Position numbers and translations under genes: made by a program
The notes under the pieces: generated by a model
What the model saw: the letters and a program-made list of their open reading frames with translations, nothing else
Database searches by the model: none
What the model was told of the DNA's origin: nothing
Assembly (NCBI RefSeq): GCF_965279535.1
Contig: NZ_OZ257244.1
Span: 4,874,713 to 4,938,712, forward strand
Length of the DNA: 64,000 nt
Direction of reading: 5' to 3'
From: Pedobacter sp.
GTDB taxonomy: Bacteria > Bacteroidota > Bacteroidia > Sphingobacteriales > Sphingobacteriaceae
Shown: one piece after another, positions 20,594 to 32,832 of the stretch
How the letters are laid out: every line of letters starts with the position of its first letter
Numbering within the stretch: the first letter of the stretch is position 1

Positions 20594-20897
20594 CAAGCAT
20601 TCTTGAGTTCCTTACCTCAATTCCTGGCTTTCAAGCTGAGATCAAAATCATAAAGTTGCTCCTGCCTGAATATTTACCCAAATTAAAACCCAATCCGAAC
20701 TTCCGCTTAAATTGAAATCCGCGGGCTAAGCTTTCCACACAAACATCCCTGATTTCAGCATTTTTCTGGTTATAGAAAGCATCATCTTTTTCAATAAATA
20801 TTTCTAGCGGATTGAGGAGATACCTTTTTATTCACTTGCCTAAAAACGAATAAAACCGACGAAAAACCAGTAGCAGTTCACTTGTTTTTTGAAAATA

Positions 20898-20953
20898 CCC
20901 CTATCTTGTTAAGGATATTCCCCTATCGTTTCGAGCGATCAGCCTTAGGTTTG
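20898..20953 (+). promoter_or_regulatory. Putative HTCS-activated promoter of the susC-like gene
   Basis: CCCCTATC direct repeat at 20898 and 20920 (22-bp period), then Bacteroidota -7 element TAGGTTTG at 20946-20953. Confidence 0.65.
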
Positions 20954-21018
20954 TGTCTACAGGGATTTACCTTTTTGGTTATAACTGTATATAAACAACC
21001 AATCTAAACAATTAAATT

Positions 21019-24000
21019 ATGAGTAAACTTTACAATGGATGTGAGGTGGAAAGAGTGAGATTCTGCATCATCCGCTATCCAGGGATTTTGCTACTCCTCA
21101 TCTCCTTATTTTTAACCGCAAATGTTTTTGCCCAGCAAAAAACAATTGTGGGTATGGTGGTAGACGAAAAGAGCGAAGCCTTACCAGGCGTATCTATTTT
21201 GGTTAAAGGTACAAAATTGAGTACCCAAACGGATAAAGATGGTAAGTTCAAAATTCAGGCTTTAACAACAGACCGGTTAGTTTTTAACTACATTGGTTTC
21301 GGTGTTCAGGAAGTACTTGTAGGCACCAAAACAACCATTAATGTTGTACTTCATTCTACTTCCACGGGACTAAATGATGTAGTAGTTGTTGGATATGGCA
21401 CTCAAAAGAGAAGCGATTTAACAGGTGCTGTAGGCTCAGTAAATATGACCGATTTCGCTAAAGCACCTGTAAAATCATTCGATGAAGCATTGTCAGGACG
21501 GGTAGCTGGCGTACAGGTTCAAAGCAGTGACGGACAACCGGGGGCAGTTGCAAATATTATTATCAGGGGAGCAGGTTCTATTACCCAGGATAACTCACCA
21601 CTTTACGTAGTAGATGGTTTCCCTTCCGAATCCTCAAATGCCAATTCGATCAGTCCCTCAGATATTGAGTCTATTGATATCCTTAAGGATGCATCAGCCA
21701 CTGCTATTTATGGCGCAAGGGGCGCCAATGGTGTTGTTTTAATTACTACTAAAAAAGGTAAATCGGGTCCGCCACAAGTGGTTTACAATGCCTACTATGG
21801 CATTCAGAAGGTGCCGGAAAAGGTTAAACTAATGGATGCTTACGAGTTTGTACGCTATGTGCGGGATCTTAACGCTCCACTGGCCGATTCTACCTACCTG
21901 AAGAATGGTACTACTTTAGATTTTTATAGAACAGCACCAACACTTGATATGCAGGATTATGTTTATCAAACCGGGCAAAATCAGAATCACGACATTGCCA
22001 TCAGAGGAGGCTCTGAAGGTACACAATATGCCATTTCCGGTAATTTTAACAACCAGAAAGGTATTGTAAAGTACGGTGGTTTTAAAAGATATCAGGGTAG
22101 GTTTGTGTTAGATCAGAAAGTTAACAACAAACTTAAAGCAGGTGTAAATGCCAATTATGCCTATAGTGAGCAGTTTGGAATCCCTGTAAGTGCTACTAAT
22201 TTTTATGCTTCTTCTGTATTTCTTTACTCCGTTTGGGGGCAACGCCCAACCAATGGGGTATCCTCAGCAGGCAAAAATTATGATCCCTTAGTTGATTTGT
22301 ACGATCCCGTTAACGAATTCGGCAATAACCAGGATTATAGAGTTAATCCCCTGGTAAATATGCAAAATCAGATCACAAGGTTTAAAACCAATACCTTAAC
22401 AGCCAATGCTTATGCAGAATACGCCATTTTGAAGAACCTTACTTTGAGGGTGTCGGGAGGGATTACCAAAAACAATGTAGAAACTAATATCCTTAACAAT
22501 TCAAAAACACAAGCAGGCAGTAAATATGTCACCTCCGGCCCGAATGGAACAATTGGGTTTGCAAATCAGGCGAGCTGGCTATCTGATAATACTTTAACCT
22601 ATAAAGTGAAAATCGAAAAGGATCATAATATCAATGCATTAGTGAATTACAATGCTCAGGGAAATAATAATTCAAACAGATCTTTTTCAGCATTTCAGTT
22701 GCCAAATGAAGACCTGGGTTTCGATGGATTCGATTTAGCAGCTGCGGCAAATACCAATCGGGTATCTAACAGTTCAAGATGGGCAATGCAATCTGTATTG
22801 GCGAGAGTAAATTATGACTACAAATCAAGGTACTTATTAACGGCTTCTATCAGGGCTGATGGTTCTTCTAAATTTCCTCCGGGAAGTAAATGGGGATATT
22901 TTCCTTCTATATCCGGTGCATGGCGCTTTAGTAGCGAGGAGTTTATGAAAAACCTGAAATGGATTTCCAATGCAAAATTACGTCTGGGTTTCGGCCAGTC
23001 AGGTAATAACAGGGTAGGTGATTTTGCTTACATGCGTCAGCTTCAATTATCCAATACCAATTATTGGTATTCAGCAAACAATGTACCTGCTCTAACCGGA
23101 GCATTTCTATCGGCCATTGGCAATGAAAATTTGAAATGGGAAACCAGCGAGCAAACCAATATTGGTTTGGACTTAGGATTTCTGAAAGACAGGATCAATA
23201 TTACCGCTGATGTCTATCGTAAACGAACCAAAGATCTGCTATTAAATGCTTCTTTACCATATTCGTTAGGGGTAGAAGGAAGCACCGGATTTAAAAATGT
23301 GGGTAGTCTGCAAAATCAAGGTTTAGAATTCTCTGTTGATACCAGAAATATTGTAACCAAAAATTTCAGCTGGTCTACCAACTTCAATATCAGTTTCAAC
23401 CAGAACAAAATATTAGCATTAACAGATAATCAAAATTATCTTTTAGCAGGAAATGGCACTTTCTTTAATACCACTTACAGCGGATTGTTCCCGTATATAT
23501 CAATGGTTGGAAACCCGCTCGGTCAAATGTATGGATTAATCTCCGACGGAGTTTACCAATACGGAGACTTTGATAAAATGCCAAATGGTGCATATGTACT
23601 TAAATCTACAGTCACAACGAGTTTAGCGGCCAGAAGCGCGGTGCAACCTGGTGATGTAAAATACAAGGATATTAATGGTGATTTATTAATCAATGGTTCA
23701 GATTATACCATTATTGGAAATGGATTACCTAAATATACGGGTGGTTTATCTAATAATTTCAGCTATAAGGGATTTGATTTGAACGTGCTGTTGCAGTGGT
23801 CAGTTGGAAATGATGTGATTAATGCCAATCGATATATTTTCGAAGGTGGGATTGTTGCTAATCCTAATTTAAACCAGTTTGCCACTTATCAGGACCGTTG
23901 GACATCCACCAATCCGAATAATACCTATTTCAGAGCAGGAGGACAAGGTGCAGCAGCATACGCTTCAAGGGTAATTGAAGATGGTTCTTACCTGAAATTG

Positions 24001-24225
24001 AGGACAGTCTCATTTGGCTATACCATTCCTAAAAACACCATTCAAAAATGGGGTATGAACAATCTCCGCTTTAATGTTTCTGCGCAGAATTTAGCTACAA
24101 TTACCGGATATTCCGGTATCGACCCCGAGATTTCTTCCAGACAAAGTAACCTAACACCAGGATTTGATTATGCCGGATATCCACATTCATTAACAGTTGT
24201 ATTTGGTGTAAACGCTACTTTTTAA
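21019..24225 (+). CDS. SusC/RagA TonB-dependent receptor
   Basis: [41 protein letters not shown], terminal GVNATF. No STN extension. Confidence 0.95.
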   Translation: MSKLYNGCEVERVRFCIIRYPGILLLLISLFLTANVFAQQKTIVGMVVDEKSEALPGVSILVKGTKLSTQTDKDGKFKIQALTTDRLVFNYIGFGVQEVLVGTKTTINVVLHSTSTGLNDVVVVGYGTQKRSDLTGAVGSVNMTDFAKAPVKSFDEALSGRVAGVQVQSSDGQPGAVANIIIRGAGSITQDNSPLYVVDGFPSESSNANSISPSDIESIDILKDASATAIYGARGANGVVLITTKKGKSGPPQVVYNAYYGIQKVPEKVKLMDAYEFVRYVRDLNAPLADSTYLKNGTTLDFYRTAPTLDMQDYVYQTGQNQNHDIAIRGGSEGTQYAISGNFNNQKGIVKYGGFKRYQGRFVLDQKVNNKLKAGVNANYAYSEQFGIPVSATNFYASSVFLYSVWGQRPTNGVSSAGKNYDPLVDLYDPVNEFGNNQDYRVNPLVNMQNQITRFKTNTLTANAYAEYAILKNLTLRVSGGITKNNVETNILNNSKTQAGSKYVTSGPNGTIGFANQASWLSDNTLTYKVKIEKDHNINALVNYNAQGNNNSNRSFSAFQLPNEDLGFDGFDLAAAANTNRVSNSSRWAMQSVLARVNYDYKSRYLLTASIRADGSSKFPPGSKWGYFPSISGAWRFSSEEFMKNLKWISNAKLRLGFGQSGNNRVGDFAYMRQLQLSNTNYWYSANNVPALTGAFLSAIGNENLKWETSEQTNIGLDLGFLKDRINITADVYRKRTKDLLLNASLPYSLGVEGSTGFKNVGSLQNQGLEFSVDTRNIVTKNFSWSTNFNISFNQNKILALTDNQNYLLAGNGTFFNTTYSGLFPYISMVGNPLGQMYGLISDGVYQYGDFDKMPNGAYVLKSTVTTSLAARSAVQPGDVKYKDINGDLLINGSDYTIIGNGLPKYTGGLSNNFSYKGFDLNVLLQWSVGNDVINANRYIFEGGIVANPNLNQFATYQDRWTSTNPNNTYFRAGGQGAAAYASRVIEDGSYLKLRTVSFGYTIPKNTIQKWGMNNLRFNVSAQNLATITGYSGIDPEISSRQSNLTPGFDYAGYPHSLTVVFGVNATF

Positions 24226-24235
24226 TTTTAAAATT

Positions 24236-26122
24236 ATGAATGTTATGAAACTAAAATATTTATTGCTGATCAGCTTAATGATCAGTGTGTGCGCCTGTAA
24301 GAAGGCACTGGATACCGAACCTTCTGATTTTTATACACCAGAAAATTATTTTAAAACTCCTGAGCAATTGCAACAGGCTTTAAATGGCGTTTATGGGACT
24401 ATGATGAGCAGCAGATTGTACGGGCAGATATTAGCGGGTTATTATGAAACTGCTGATGAATTGTTGTCAAACAGAGGCGCAGATGGAGATGCCAGAGGCT
24501 GGCGATATACATACTCCGCTTCCAATACAAACGTGCACGCAATCTGGTTGGCTTGTTATCAGGGAATTAATAATGCCAATATTTTGTTGGATAATATTAA
24601 TAAGCCCACGATGAATGAAACAACAAGGAATAGGATTAAAGGACAGACATTATTTCTGCGTGCTTACTATTACTGGATTTTAACTACCCATTTTCAGCAA
24701 GCTATTATCAGTTTAAAGCCATCATCTATCACCGATATCGATATCCCTGCCTCGAGTCCAAAACAAGTTTATGCTCAAATAGAAGTCGATTTAAAAGAAG
24801 CTGAAGGTCTGTTGCAGGGGTATACATCTGCAAGTTTGGGGTATAATGATGTGGTAACCATTACTGCGGTTCAGGCCATGTTGGCCAGAGTATATTTATA
24901 CATGGCAGGGTATCCGGTAAATGATGTTACTAAATATCAAAGCTGCATTGACTATTGTGCTAAAGTGATCAATTCGGGACAACATGCGCTTAACCCTGAT
25001 TATAAACAGGTTTTTATTAACCTCATGCAAGATAAGTATGATTTAAAAGAGAATATTCTGGAGTGGGGCTTTGCTACTGCAGCTGCAGGAACGGTAACTA
25101 AAGGGGCCAATGATATCGGAAGCTTTATAGGGGTAACCTCAAGTGTAGTTGCTTTTGATCCTACATCCTATGCAGCTGCTGGATGGACCTATGTTACCCG
25201 CAATCTTTTCGATGCATATGAAGTAAATGCCAGTAGCACATCAACCCCTAAAACCTCATTTGATCAAAGACGCGACTGGAATTGCGCCAATTACATTTAC
25301 ACCAATACATCAACTGCACGTACTAAAACAACCATCACCAATCCATGGTTAATGCCCTCAGGAAAATTTAGAAGAGAATATTCGGCAGCAGAAGCCAGGA
25401 ATTTAGGTATTTATGGAACCAACTGGCCTGTAATCCGGTATGCAGATATATTGCTGATGTATGCAGAAGCTTCAAATCAATTGGTTGGCCCAACAGCAAT
25501 TCCAACCGGAGGAACTTTAACCGCATATGAAGCCATTAACCTGGTTCGCAAACGTGGTTATGGCATTTTGAATGGAAACATAGTTAGAAACATTACTGTA
25601 AGCAATGGTGGTGCTGGTTACACTTCCGTGCCTGCTGTAACCATTAGCGGTGGAGGAGGAGCAGGGGCAACCGCTACGGCTGTTATTTCAGCCGGCCGGG
25701 TTACAGGAATAAATATTACCAGTCCAGGAATTATAGCTACAGGAAGTTACTACACTTCAGCCCCGGTAATAACAATAACCGGAGGTAATGGCACAGGCGC
25801 TGTTGCAACAGCAACAATTACAACAGGCACCGAAGCCAATTTAACTGCAGGTTTAAGCAAGGATAATTTTCAACTGGCCATTCGCGATGAAAGATTGCGT
25901 GAGTTTAATGCAGAATCGCTACGGAAAAATGATGTAACACGTTGGGGGAATTTTTATCAGGACATGGTTACATTTAAAATCTATTGTGAAGCCAATGGGG
26001 CAAGTGCAAATGCAAATGGATTAACCGGAGCGAGAAATGTGGCGCCACGGCATGTTGTGCTTCCCATTCCTGATTACGAACTGAACCTAAATAAATCATT
26101 AATTCAAAATGCTGGTTGGTAA
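24236..26122 (+). CDS. RagB/SusD lipoprotein with an ~86-aa Gly/Thr/Ala-rich insertion
   Basis: Lipobox [35 protein letters not shown], terminal QNAGW. Insert at 25571-25828. Confidence 0.93.
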   Translation: MNVMKLKYLLLISLMISVCACKKALDTEPSDFYTPENYFKTPEQLQQALNGVYGTMMSSRLYGQILAGYYETADELLSNRGADGDARGWRYTYSASNTNVHAIWLACYQGINNANILLDNINKPTMNETTRNRIKGQTLFLRAYYYWILTTHFQQAIISLKPSSITDIDIPASSPKQVYAQIEVDLKEAEGLLQGYTSASLGYNDVVTITAVQAMLARVYLYMAGYPVNDVTKYQSCIDYCAKVINSGQHALNPDYKQVFINLMQDKYDLKENILEWGFATAAAGTVTKGANDIGSFIGVTSSVVAFDPTSYAAAGWTYVTRNLFDAYEVNASSTSTPKTSFDQRRDWNCANYIYTNTSTARTKTTITNPWLMPSGKFRREYSAAEARNLGIYGTNWPVIRYADILLMYAEASNQLVGPTAIPTGGTLTAYEAINLVRKRGYGILNGNIVRNITVSNGGAGYTSVPAVTISGGGGAGATATAVISAGRVTGINITSPGIIATGSYYTSAPVITITGGNGTGAVATATITTGTEANLTAGLSKDNFQLAIRDERLREFNAESLRKNDVTRWGNFYQDMVTFKIYCEANGASANANGLTGARNVAPRHVVLPIPDYELNLNKSLIQNAGW

Positions 26123-26140
26123 ACCCTAATCCGATTAATT

Positions 26141-27052
26141 ATGAAAAATCTTATTATACTTATCACTTTCGTCTGCTTTTTTGCAAGCTGCGAAAAATCC
26201 TTAACGGTTACAGAACCAGATTGGGATATTCAAGTTAGCAATGCCAGGTCTGTTAATGGTAATACCTATGTATTTAAGCTGGGCGATTCCTGTAAATATA
26301 CCATTTCAGGTAATGCACATAACGTGATCACTTATCCGGGAACAGCAGGATTTACTTACGCCAATAAAGACCGTACCTCCGCTGTAGGAGAACCTGGTTT
26401 GACATTTACATCATTCGCTCAGTTTGGCACGCAAACCAATACCTTAAAATTATTGGCATCTAATAGCTTGTCTGCTTTAGATTCAGTCAGCGTAGTAAAT
26501 GCGAGTTGGACAGACATCACCAGCAGGGCCGTACTCTCCACCGGAACTGATAATACAGCTTCAGGAAAAATATCACTTTCAGATTTATATGTAGCCGGTA
26601 AGCCGCTCTATATTGCCTTAAAATATAATGGGACTACTGGTTCTACTCAAAAAACCTGGACCTTTAAAAATTTAACCGTTAGTAACTTATTGCCTGATGG
26701 TACCAGTGTTACAGTTTCTACATTATCAGATATATCCTGGACCGTTTATGGAAATGTACGTACTCCTGCCAATGGGAGCTGGATTGCAACAGCTTCACAA
26801 ATTCAGGTTGTAGGTGGAGGCGCTACTGCTCCCACAAATGAGAGCTGGGCAATAAGTAAACCGCTTGATCTTAGGAAAGTGGCCCCTGATGTAAGCATTC
26901 CCATTAAAAGCTTAACCTCAGCAGCTTTAAAAACCTATGCGTTCCAATATCCCGCTGTAGGAAAATACAAAGCTATTTTTATTGCCAGCAATAATACCTT
27001 AAATGACAGCAAACAGGTAATGAAAGATATTGATATCGAGATTGTCCCATAA
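26141..27052 (+). CDS. PUL surface lipoprotein, DUF5017-like (probable glycan-binding protein)
   Basis: Lipobox FFASC, located after SusD, beta-rich segments FTSFAQFGTQTNTLKLLASN and YPAVGKYKAIFIASN. Confidence 0.65.
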   Translation: MKNLIILITFVCFFASCEKSLTVTEPDWDIQVSNARSVNGNTYVFKLGDSCKYTISGNAHNVITYPGTAGFTYANKDRTSAVGEPGLTFTSFAQFGTQTNTLKLLASNSLSALDSVSVVNASWTDITSRAVLSTGTDNTASGKISLSDLYVAGKPLYIALKYNGTTGSTQKTWTFKNLTVSNLLPDGTSVTVSTLSDISWTVYGNVRTPANGSWIATASQIQVVGGGATAPTNESWAISKPLDLRKVAPDVSIPIKSLTSAALKTYAFQYPAVGKYKAIFIASNNTLNDSKQVMKDIDIEIVP

Positions 27053-27082
27053 ATCTTTTAATGGTTAGTTTAATTTTTGTTT

Positions 27083-27110
27083 AGCCGGGCCTACAAGGGT
27101 TCGGCTTTTT
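27083..27110 (+). terminator. Probable intrinsic terminator
   Basis: AGCCGGGCC...GGTTCGGCT stem (with G-U pairs) followed by TTTT. Confidence 0.6.
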
Positions 27111-27162
27111 AATTAATAAACAGGAGAAGATGTGGTATTCCTGCCCCATCCTGGCTTATTGC

Positions 27163-27345
27163 TTATTTCAAAATGATAACTGTTCCTTTATTTGCGCTCA
27201 GCTTAAAATAGTAATGAATTTCAGCTCTGAACGATACTCTATCGATGCGTTCTACCAGACCCGATTGGCCGAGGTCATCTTCAATGTAATCGCCATATTT
27301 GATGGCATCAAGTATTTTAACAGGGGTTAATTTATCTATTTTCAT
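27163..27345 (-). CDS. Small hypothetical protein (~60 aa)
   Basis: MKIDKLTPVKILDAIKYGDYIEDDLGQSGLVERID... looks protein-like from ATG 27345; the upstream extension to 27534 does not. Confidence 0.5.
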   Translation of the reverse strand: MKIDKLTPVKILDAIKYGDYIEDDLGQSGLVERIDRVSFRAEIHYYFKLSANKGTVIILK

Positions 27346-27688
27346 ATAAGATCCAATTGAATAATCATTCAGCGGCATCCTATTGTCTGCACTATGGGGC
27401 GAACAAAGGAATTCAGAACGCTGAAAGGCTACAAACGAGGGAGGAACTGTTCCCCTCCAGGTTTGCTTCAGTTGATCTTGGGATGGAAAAATAACAAGGG
27501 ATGTTATTGATTCAGATAAATAAACATAGCTCAATTTAATTGGATTGAGCTATGCTGTAAAAGCTGACGTGACAACTTTCACGAATTACAAAGATAGTTT
27601 AATCTCGGAACAACGAAAAAAAATCGGCGATTTGGAGACTGTAATTTCGGGAGATGTTATTAGCAGGATATTTTTTCTTCTGGTTGAT

Positions 27689-28477
27689 TTATTTTTGGGT
27701 CTTATAGACCCTCACATAATCTACCTCATATTTCAGTGGAAGTATATCTTCGTTTAAAGGGCCACCCAGAGTTCCTTGTCTGCCCAATGCGAGATTTAGC
27801 AATAAGTAAAAATCTTTTTTAAACGGATTCTCTCGTCCCTGAGCATCTTTTAGATTAAAAGTGAAGTACTTTTTGTTGTCATAGTAAAATTCAATGTTTT
27901 CTTTGGTCCAGTTAATGGCATAAATATGAAAATCTTCATATGGTTTGCCCATATCAGGCTTTTCACCTTTGTATTTATAGGTATTAGTAGAATCAGCATA
28001 GTGTACCGTTCCGTAAACCAGGGTAGAATCCTTTCCTACAAACTCCATAATATCTATTTCACCACAATCCGGCCATTTAACAGCGCCTCTGTTTGTACCT
28101 AACATCCATATTGCAGGCCAGCTGCCAATACCTTTGCAAACCTTCGCACGTACTTCTATCCTTCCATATTTAAAATGTTGTTTACCAAGGGTAATTAAAC
28201 TTGCAGAGGTGAATTTCGCACCTTTATATGTTTCTTTTTTGGCTTCAATAACTAACTTTCCACCTTCAACTCTTGCGTTTTCAAGCCGTGCTTTGGTGTA
28301 ATATTGTGGCTCTTTATTTCGGACAAGACCAACTTCGTAGTCCCATTTGCTGGGATCAGGAAGACCTTGATAATTGAATTCATCTGCCCAGATGAGTTTT
28401 CTTTTGATTCCATCGCTTTGCGCAAATAACGAAATAACAAGGAATTGCAACAGTAGAGTTAAGAGGGACTTTTTCAT
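27689..28477 (-). CDS. GH16 glycoside hydrolase (laminarinase-like clade), secreted
   Basis: LIWADEFN, KYGRIEVRAK, WPAIWMLG, catalytic EIDIME, FYLLLNLALG and VDYVRVY. Confidence 0.93.
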   Translation of the reverse strand: MKKSLLTLLLQFLVISLFAQSDGIKRKLIWADEFNYQGLPDPSKWDYEVGLVRNKEPQYYTKARLENARVEGGKLVIEAKKETYKGAKFTSASLITLGKQHFKYGRIEVRAKVCKGIGSWPAIWMLGTNRGAVKWPDCGEIDIMEFVGKDSTLVYGTVHYADSTNTYKYKGEKPDMGKPYEDFHIYAINWTKENIEFYYDNKKYFTFNLKDAQGRENPFKKDFYLLLNLALGRQGTLGGPLNEDILPLKYEVDYVRVYKTQK

Positions 28478-28567
28478 GTAATTACAGGTGTTTTTAAATT
28501 ATCGGATAAGTGCTTTGAAGAATAGGTCTCTCATACAGAGAGCCAGTTTCCTAACCATTCTCCTGAT

Positions 28568-28623
28568 CAAAAATATCACTGTACCAAGTTACTATAGGGG
28601 TAAAATCCCAATGGATGTAGGGG
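28568..28623 (-). promoter_or_regulatory. Putative HTCS-activated promoter of GH16
   Basis: Minus strand CCCCTAC (from 28623) and CCCCTAT (from 28600), then TATTTTTG at 28575-28568. First repeat to -7 distance is 48 nt, the same as at the susC promoter. Confidence 0.6.
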
Positions 28624-28770
28624 AGGATTCTAAAGAAAAAAAGCAATAAATATATGGATTAGCCAGGTTCAGGGATGCAGTAATTGGTACATCCCGAAAT
28701 TTCAAAGATTTACTGATAAGAAGTAGAAAAATCTAAACAAATAGGGTTAAAAATAGAAAGTTTAAACAAT

Positions 28771-31700
28771 CTAATCTGGGTTAGAACCTTCGTTTAGATT
28801 TTCTTTTGTGCTTTTTACATAATCTGTAGGTGATAAACCAAATTGTTTTTTAAACTCTTTGGTGAAATATTTTGGATCGCTAAAACCCACAGCATATGCT
28901 GTTTCTGAAACATTGTATACCTGCTGATTGAGGAGTTGAGCAGCTTTTTTTAACCTTACCGACTTGATGAAATCATTTACTGATAAATCTGTTAGTGCCC
29001 TGATTTTTTTATAAAGAATTGGCTGGCTCATGCCCATCTCACCCGATAACATGGGAACATTGAAGTTAGGATTAGCCAGTTGCCCTTCTATATAATTCAT
29101 GATTTTAGTTAAGAAAGCCTGATCAGGCGCTGCTATGGTAACATTTGTTGGTTCCAGGGTAACAATTTGTCCAAACTTTTGCCTGATTAGGTTTCGGGTA
29201 GCAATGAGATTCTTAATATTTGCCGCCAATAATTCGAGGCTAAAAGGCTTAGTCATATATAGGTCAGCTCCTGTTTTTAGGCCAGCTAACTGATGTGCAT
29301 GCGATGCCTTCGCTGTCAAAAGTATAACTGGGATATGACTGGTCCGGTCATCCAGCTTCACTTTCTCACAAAGTTCCAGTCCGTCAATCCCAGGCATCAT
29401 AATGTCACTGATAATTAAATCAGGAATTTGAGTGGTGGCCATTTCCAGCCCCTGAATACCATCAGCACATTCCAGTATATGGTATCTACTGAAAAGCTCG
29501 TCTCTTAGTAATTTCCTAATTTCAGGATTGTCTTCTATCAGTAGAATAGTGCTTTCTATATGTTCATTTTTGTCCGGGTTTTGCTGTAGTACCTTTTCTG
29601 AATGAGGCTGAACAAATCCTGATTCAAGCTTCTCATAAGGATCAGGTTCAACAATAGTTTTTCTGTCAAAATGAGCATTTCCCTTCTTTAGTTTTACTGA
29701 AAACGTAGTGTTGCCCTCCTTATTTGCTGCAACCGGTTGACTATTCACCTGAATTGTGCCCGAATGTAATTCTACGATAAGCTTACTTAAGGCTAAACCT
29801 ATCCCAGTTCCGGTTTGCCCCTTAGTACTATCGATCTGATAAAATGAACTAAAAAGCCTGTCCTGTTTCTCTAAAGGAATTCCCCTGCCATTATCTGTCA
29901 CCTTTATTATCACATAATCTGCAAATTCTTCAATAAATACGCTGATCTTACCGCCATTGACAGAGAACTTGAAGGCATTTGAAAGGAGGTTAAACAAAAC
30001 TTTTTCCATTTGAAAGCGGTCAAAGTAAAGTTGTATGTCTTCCGTTTGGCAGTTAAAGGTATAGTCAATTTGATTTTGCGTAGCCAATTCCTGAAAAACA
30101 TGAAATATTTGCTTTGAATAGGCTACAATATTGTTTTTACTGATATGAAGATCCATGTGTCCCGACTCTGCTTTTCTAAAATCGAGGAGTTCGGTAGTTA
30201 AGCGCATCAGGCGATCTGCATTATCCTTTATCGAGTGGAGTTGAGTACTCAAGCCGCTATCAGATGAAGCATTGTCGATCATTTTTTCCAATGGGGCCGT
30301 AATCAAAGTAAGGGGAGTCCTGATTTCATGAGAAATATTGGTGAAAAAGTCGAGTTTTAAATTATGAACCTCCTGCTCTTTTTTAAAAAGTTCCCGCATT
30401 AAAGCATATCGGAGTACGATAAAAATTATGGATCCAAAGAATACAAGATAAAACAAATAGGCGTACCAGGTTCTCCAAAGGGGGGGAAGAATTTCTATTT
30501 GAAGTTTGGATATATTTTTACTCCAAATGCCATCATTGTTACGCCCTTTAACCAATAATACATACTTACCTTCATGAAGATTAGTATAGGTTACTGAGGG
30601 GATATGCACAAAATTCCAGTCTTTCTCAAAACCACTTAACTTATAAGCATAGCTGTTATTGCCCGGCTTGATGTAGTTGAGTGTAGCAAACTCAACACTG
30701 AAAATATTCTGGTCATGGCGGAGCGTAATCTTTTGTTCTCCATTACTATCCTTTTTTATGTGGTATGGAGAGTTTGCCTCAATTGTTTTATTGAAAAGCT
30801 TAATGTCTGTGAAAATAACAGCAGGTGCGTAGTGATTTTGATGAAACTGAGCAGGAAAGAAGGATACCAGCCCACTAAAACCACCGAAAAACATTTTACC
30901 TGCTTTGTTCTTGTAATATGAGTTTTCATTGAACACATTTCCGGGAAGACCATCGTTGGAATTGTAATTTTTAAAGGTTTTCTTTTTTGTATCAAATCTT
31001 GATATACCTTTATCCGTACTTAGCCATAGAATTCCCGGCTTTTCTGTTAAAATTCCTAAAATATTATCATTAGGTAAACCATCCTTTATTCTCCAGTTCT
31101 CCAGTTTTTTAGTTTCAGGATTAAAACAGGTTATCCCACCGTAATAAAACCCAATCCATATATTTCCAGCTTCATCTTCAGTAATACAATTAGGGCTATT
31201 GCTGAAATTAAGCCGGGTAAATGCATCACTCTTGTATTTTAGAAAATAAAGACCACCAACTGCCCCAACCCAGATGTTCTTTTGGCGATCTTCATGAATG
31301 CAACGAATAATAGATTTACGTATCGCTGAATTATTCCCCTTTGAAGCATCGGGCTGACTGAATTTTAGGCTTTTTTTATCTAATAGGTTTAGGCCTCTTG
31401 TTGTTCCCACCCAAAAGCGTCTCTGGCTGTCATGCAGCATACAATAAACATTGTTAGAGCTAATGGTGCCTTTAACACCCTGCTTATTTTTATAATGGAT
31501 AAAATCTTGATTGCCTTGGTTAAATTTCTCCAGTCCGCCCAGAAATGTACCTATCCACAGCTCCCTATCTTGGTCTATATAAATTGTTTTTACCAAATTG
31601 GAGCTTAAGCTATTTGGATTTGCAGGATTATTTTTAAAGGTTCGAAAGGTTTTCGATTGTTGATGATATAAATTTAAACCTTCGGCTTCAGTTCCGATCC

Positions 31701-32832
31701 ACAGGTTTTGCTCAGCATCTTCACAAATACCGCTGATGATGTTACTGCTTAAGCTGTTCTTAAAATTGCTGCTTTTAAATACCTCAAAAGCGCTTAGGTT
31801 TGGAAATACCACATTTGCCCCACCATAATAGGTGCCAATCCATATAGAACCATGGTTATCGGCAAATATTTCATAAACAGAATTCTGACTGATACTTTTT
31901 ATATTGTCCGGATCATGTTGGTATACCATAACCTTTCCATTCAATGGATTTAAAATATTGATACCTTTCTGTGTACCAATCCACAGCAGACCATTTTTGT
32001 CCAGTAAGAGTTTGCGTACGCTATTACTGGATAAGGTTTTGTTGGCGGTAGAATAGAATTGCGTGGCTCCGGTGATCAGGTTTAATTTAATTAATCCCGC
32101 CTTGCTCGTTCCGATCCAAAGTATGTTGTGCTGATCTGTAATTAGCGTATTGATACTGTTCTCGACAATGCTGCTAATTTTCTTATTGAATGTTCGTTGA
32201 AGGTTAATTTTATAAACATTGCCGCTTTTGCTTAAGCGCATCAAACCTTTATTTGTGCCAACCCAAATAATACCTTTACCCGCGCATGCCAAAGCGGTAA
32301 TTTTGACATCTTTCAGGAATGATTTAAAAAGAGTTCTTTTTTTGTTTATCAAAAGATTTAAACCAGAATCTGTTCCAACCCATATCTTTTTGTCTTTATC
32401 TTCTAATACCGCATTAATAACATTATTAGAGAGGCTAAACCTGGCAGAAGAATGTTCAATCCGTTCAAAATTCTCACTTTCTGGATGATATTTATTCAAC
32501 CCTCCTGATGTTCCAACCCACAATGTTTTCTCCTGATCAGAGAAAAGAACCCTGATGTAATCACTGGAACTTAAAGTAGTGCTATCCTGATCCGAATGCT
32601 TAAATATCTTGATTTTGTTGGTGTCGTATTTATTTAATCCAAACCGTGTGCCTAACCAGATATATCCCTGCGCATCTTGAGTAATGGCCAATACCGAATT
32701 TTGAGAAAGCCCATTTTCTACGGTTAGGTGATGAAAGGAAATATTATCCTGACTCTGAGCTGTTGAGCAAAAGGATAGTATAAGTAATATAATAAACAGA
32801 TTCTTCAACCCATAGGGAAGTAATATTTTCAT
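28771..32832 (-). CDS. Hybrid two-component system (beta-propeller sensor, Y_Y_Y, HisKA, HATPase, REC, AraC HTH)
   Basis: Repeated LWIGT propeller blades, FFTNISHEIRTPLTLI, GTGIGLAL, PDLIISDIMMP and AYAVGFSDPKYF. ATG 32832 (MKILL) is preferred. Confidence 0.95.
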   Translation of the reverse strand: MKILLPYGLKNLFIILLILSFCSTAQSQDNISFHHLTVENGLSQNSVLAITQDAQGYIWLGTRFGLNKYDTNKIKIFKHSDQDSTTLSSSDYIRVLFSDQEKTLWVGTSGGLNKYHPESENFERIEHSSARFSLSNNVINAVLEDKDKKIWVGTDSGLNLLINKKRTLFKSFLKDVKITALACAGKGIIWVGTNKGLMRLSKSGNVYKINLQRTFNKKISSIVENSINTLITDQHNILWIGTSKAGLIKLNLITGATQFYSTANKTLSSNSVRKLLLDKNGLLWIGTQKGINILNPLNGKVMVYQHDPDNIKSISQNSVYEIFADNHGSIWIGTYYGGANVVFPNLSAFEVFKSSNFKNSLSSNIISGICEDAEQNLWIGTEAEGLNLYHQQSKTFRTFKNNPANPNSLSSNLVKTIYIDQDRELWIGTFLGGLEKFNQGNQDFIHYKNKQGVKGTISSNNVYCMLHDSQRRFWVGTTRGLNLLDKKSLKFSQPDASKGNNSAIRKSIIRCIHEDRQKNIWVGAVGGLYFLKYKSDAFTRLNFSNSPNCITEDEAGNIWIGFYYGGITCFNPETKKLENWRIKDGLPNDNILGILTEKPGILWLSTDKGISRFDTKKKTFKNYNSNDGLPGNVFNENSYYKNKAGKMFFGGFSGLVSFFPAQFHQNHYAPAVIFTDIKLFNKTIEANSPYHIKKDSNGEQKITLRHDQNIFSVEFATLNYIKPGNNSYAYKLSGFEKDWNFVHIPSVTYTNLHEGKYVLLVKGRNNDGIWSKNISKLQIEILPPLWRTWYAYLFYLVFFGSIIFIVLRYALMRELFKKEQEVHNLKLDFFTNISHEIRTPLTLITAPLEKMIDNASSDSGLSTQLHSIKDNADRLMRLTTELLDFRKAESGHMDLHISKNNIVAYSKQIFHVFQELATQNQIDYTFNCQTEDIQLYFDRFQMEKVLFNLLSNAFKFSVNGGKISVFIEEFADYVIIKVTDNGRGIPLEKQDRLFSSFYQIDSTKGQTGTGIGLALSKLIVELHSGTIQVNSQPVAANKEGNTTFSVKLKKGNAHFDRKTIVEPDPYEKLESGFVQPHSEKVLQQNPDKNEHIESTILLIEDNPEIRKLLRDELFSRYHILECADGIQGLEMATTQIPDLIISDIMMPGIDGLELCEKVKLDDRTSHIPVILLTAKASHAHQLAGLKTGADLYMTKPFSLELLAANIKNLIATRNLIRQKFGQIVTLEPTNVTIAAPDQAFLTKIMNYIEGQLANPNFNVPMLSGEMGMSQPILYKKIRALTDLSVNDFIKSVRLKKAAQLLNQQVYNVSETAYAVGFSDPKYFTKEFKKQFGLSPTDYVKSTKENLNEGSNPD

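Noticed and set aside
20594-20880. Possible decayed gene in the intergenic gap before susC
   Set aside because: The frames I translated by hand gave only short pieces with no recognisable family motif.
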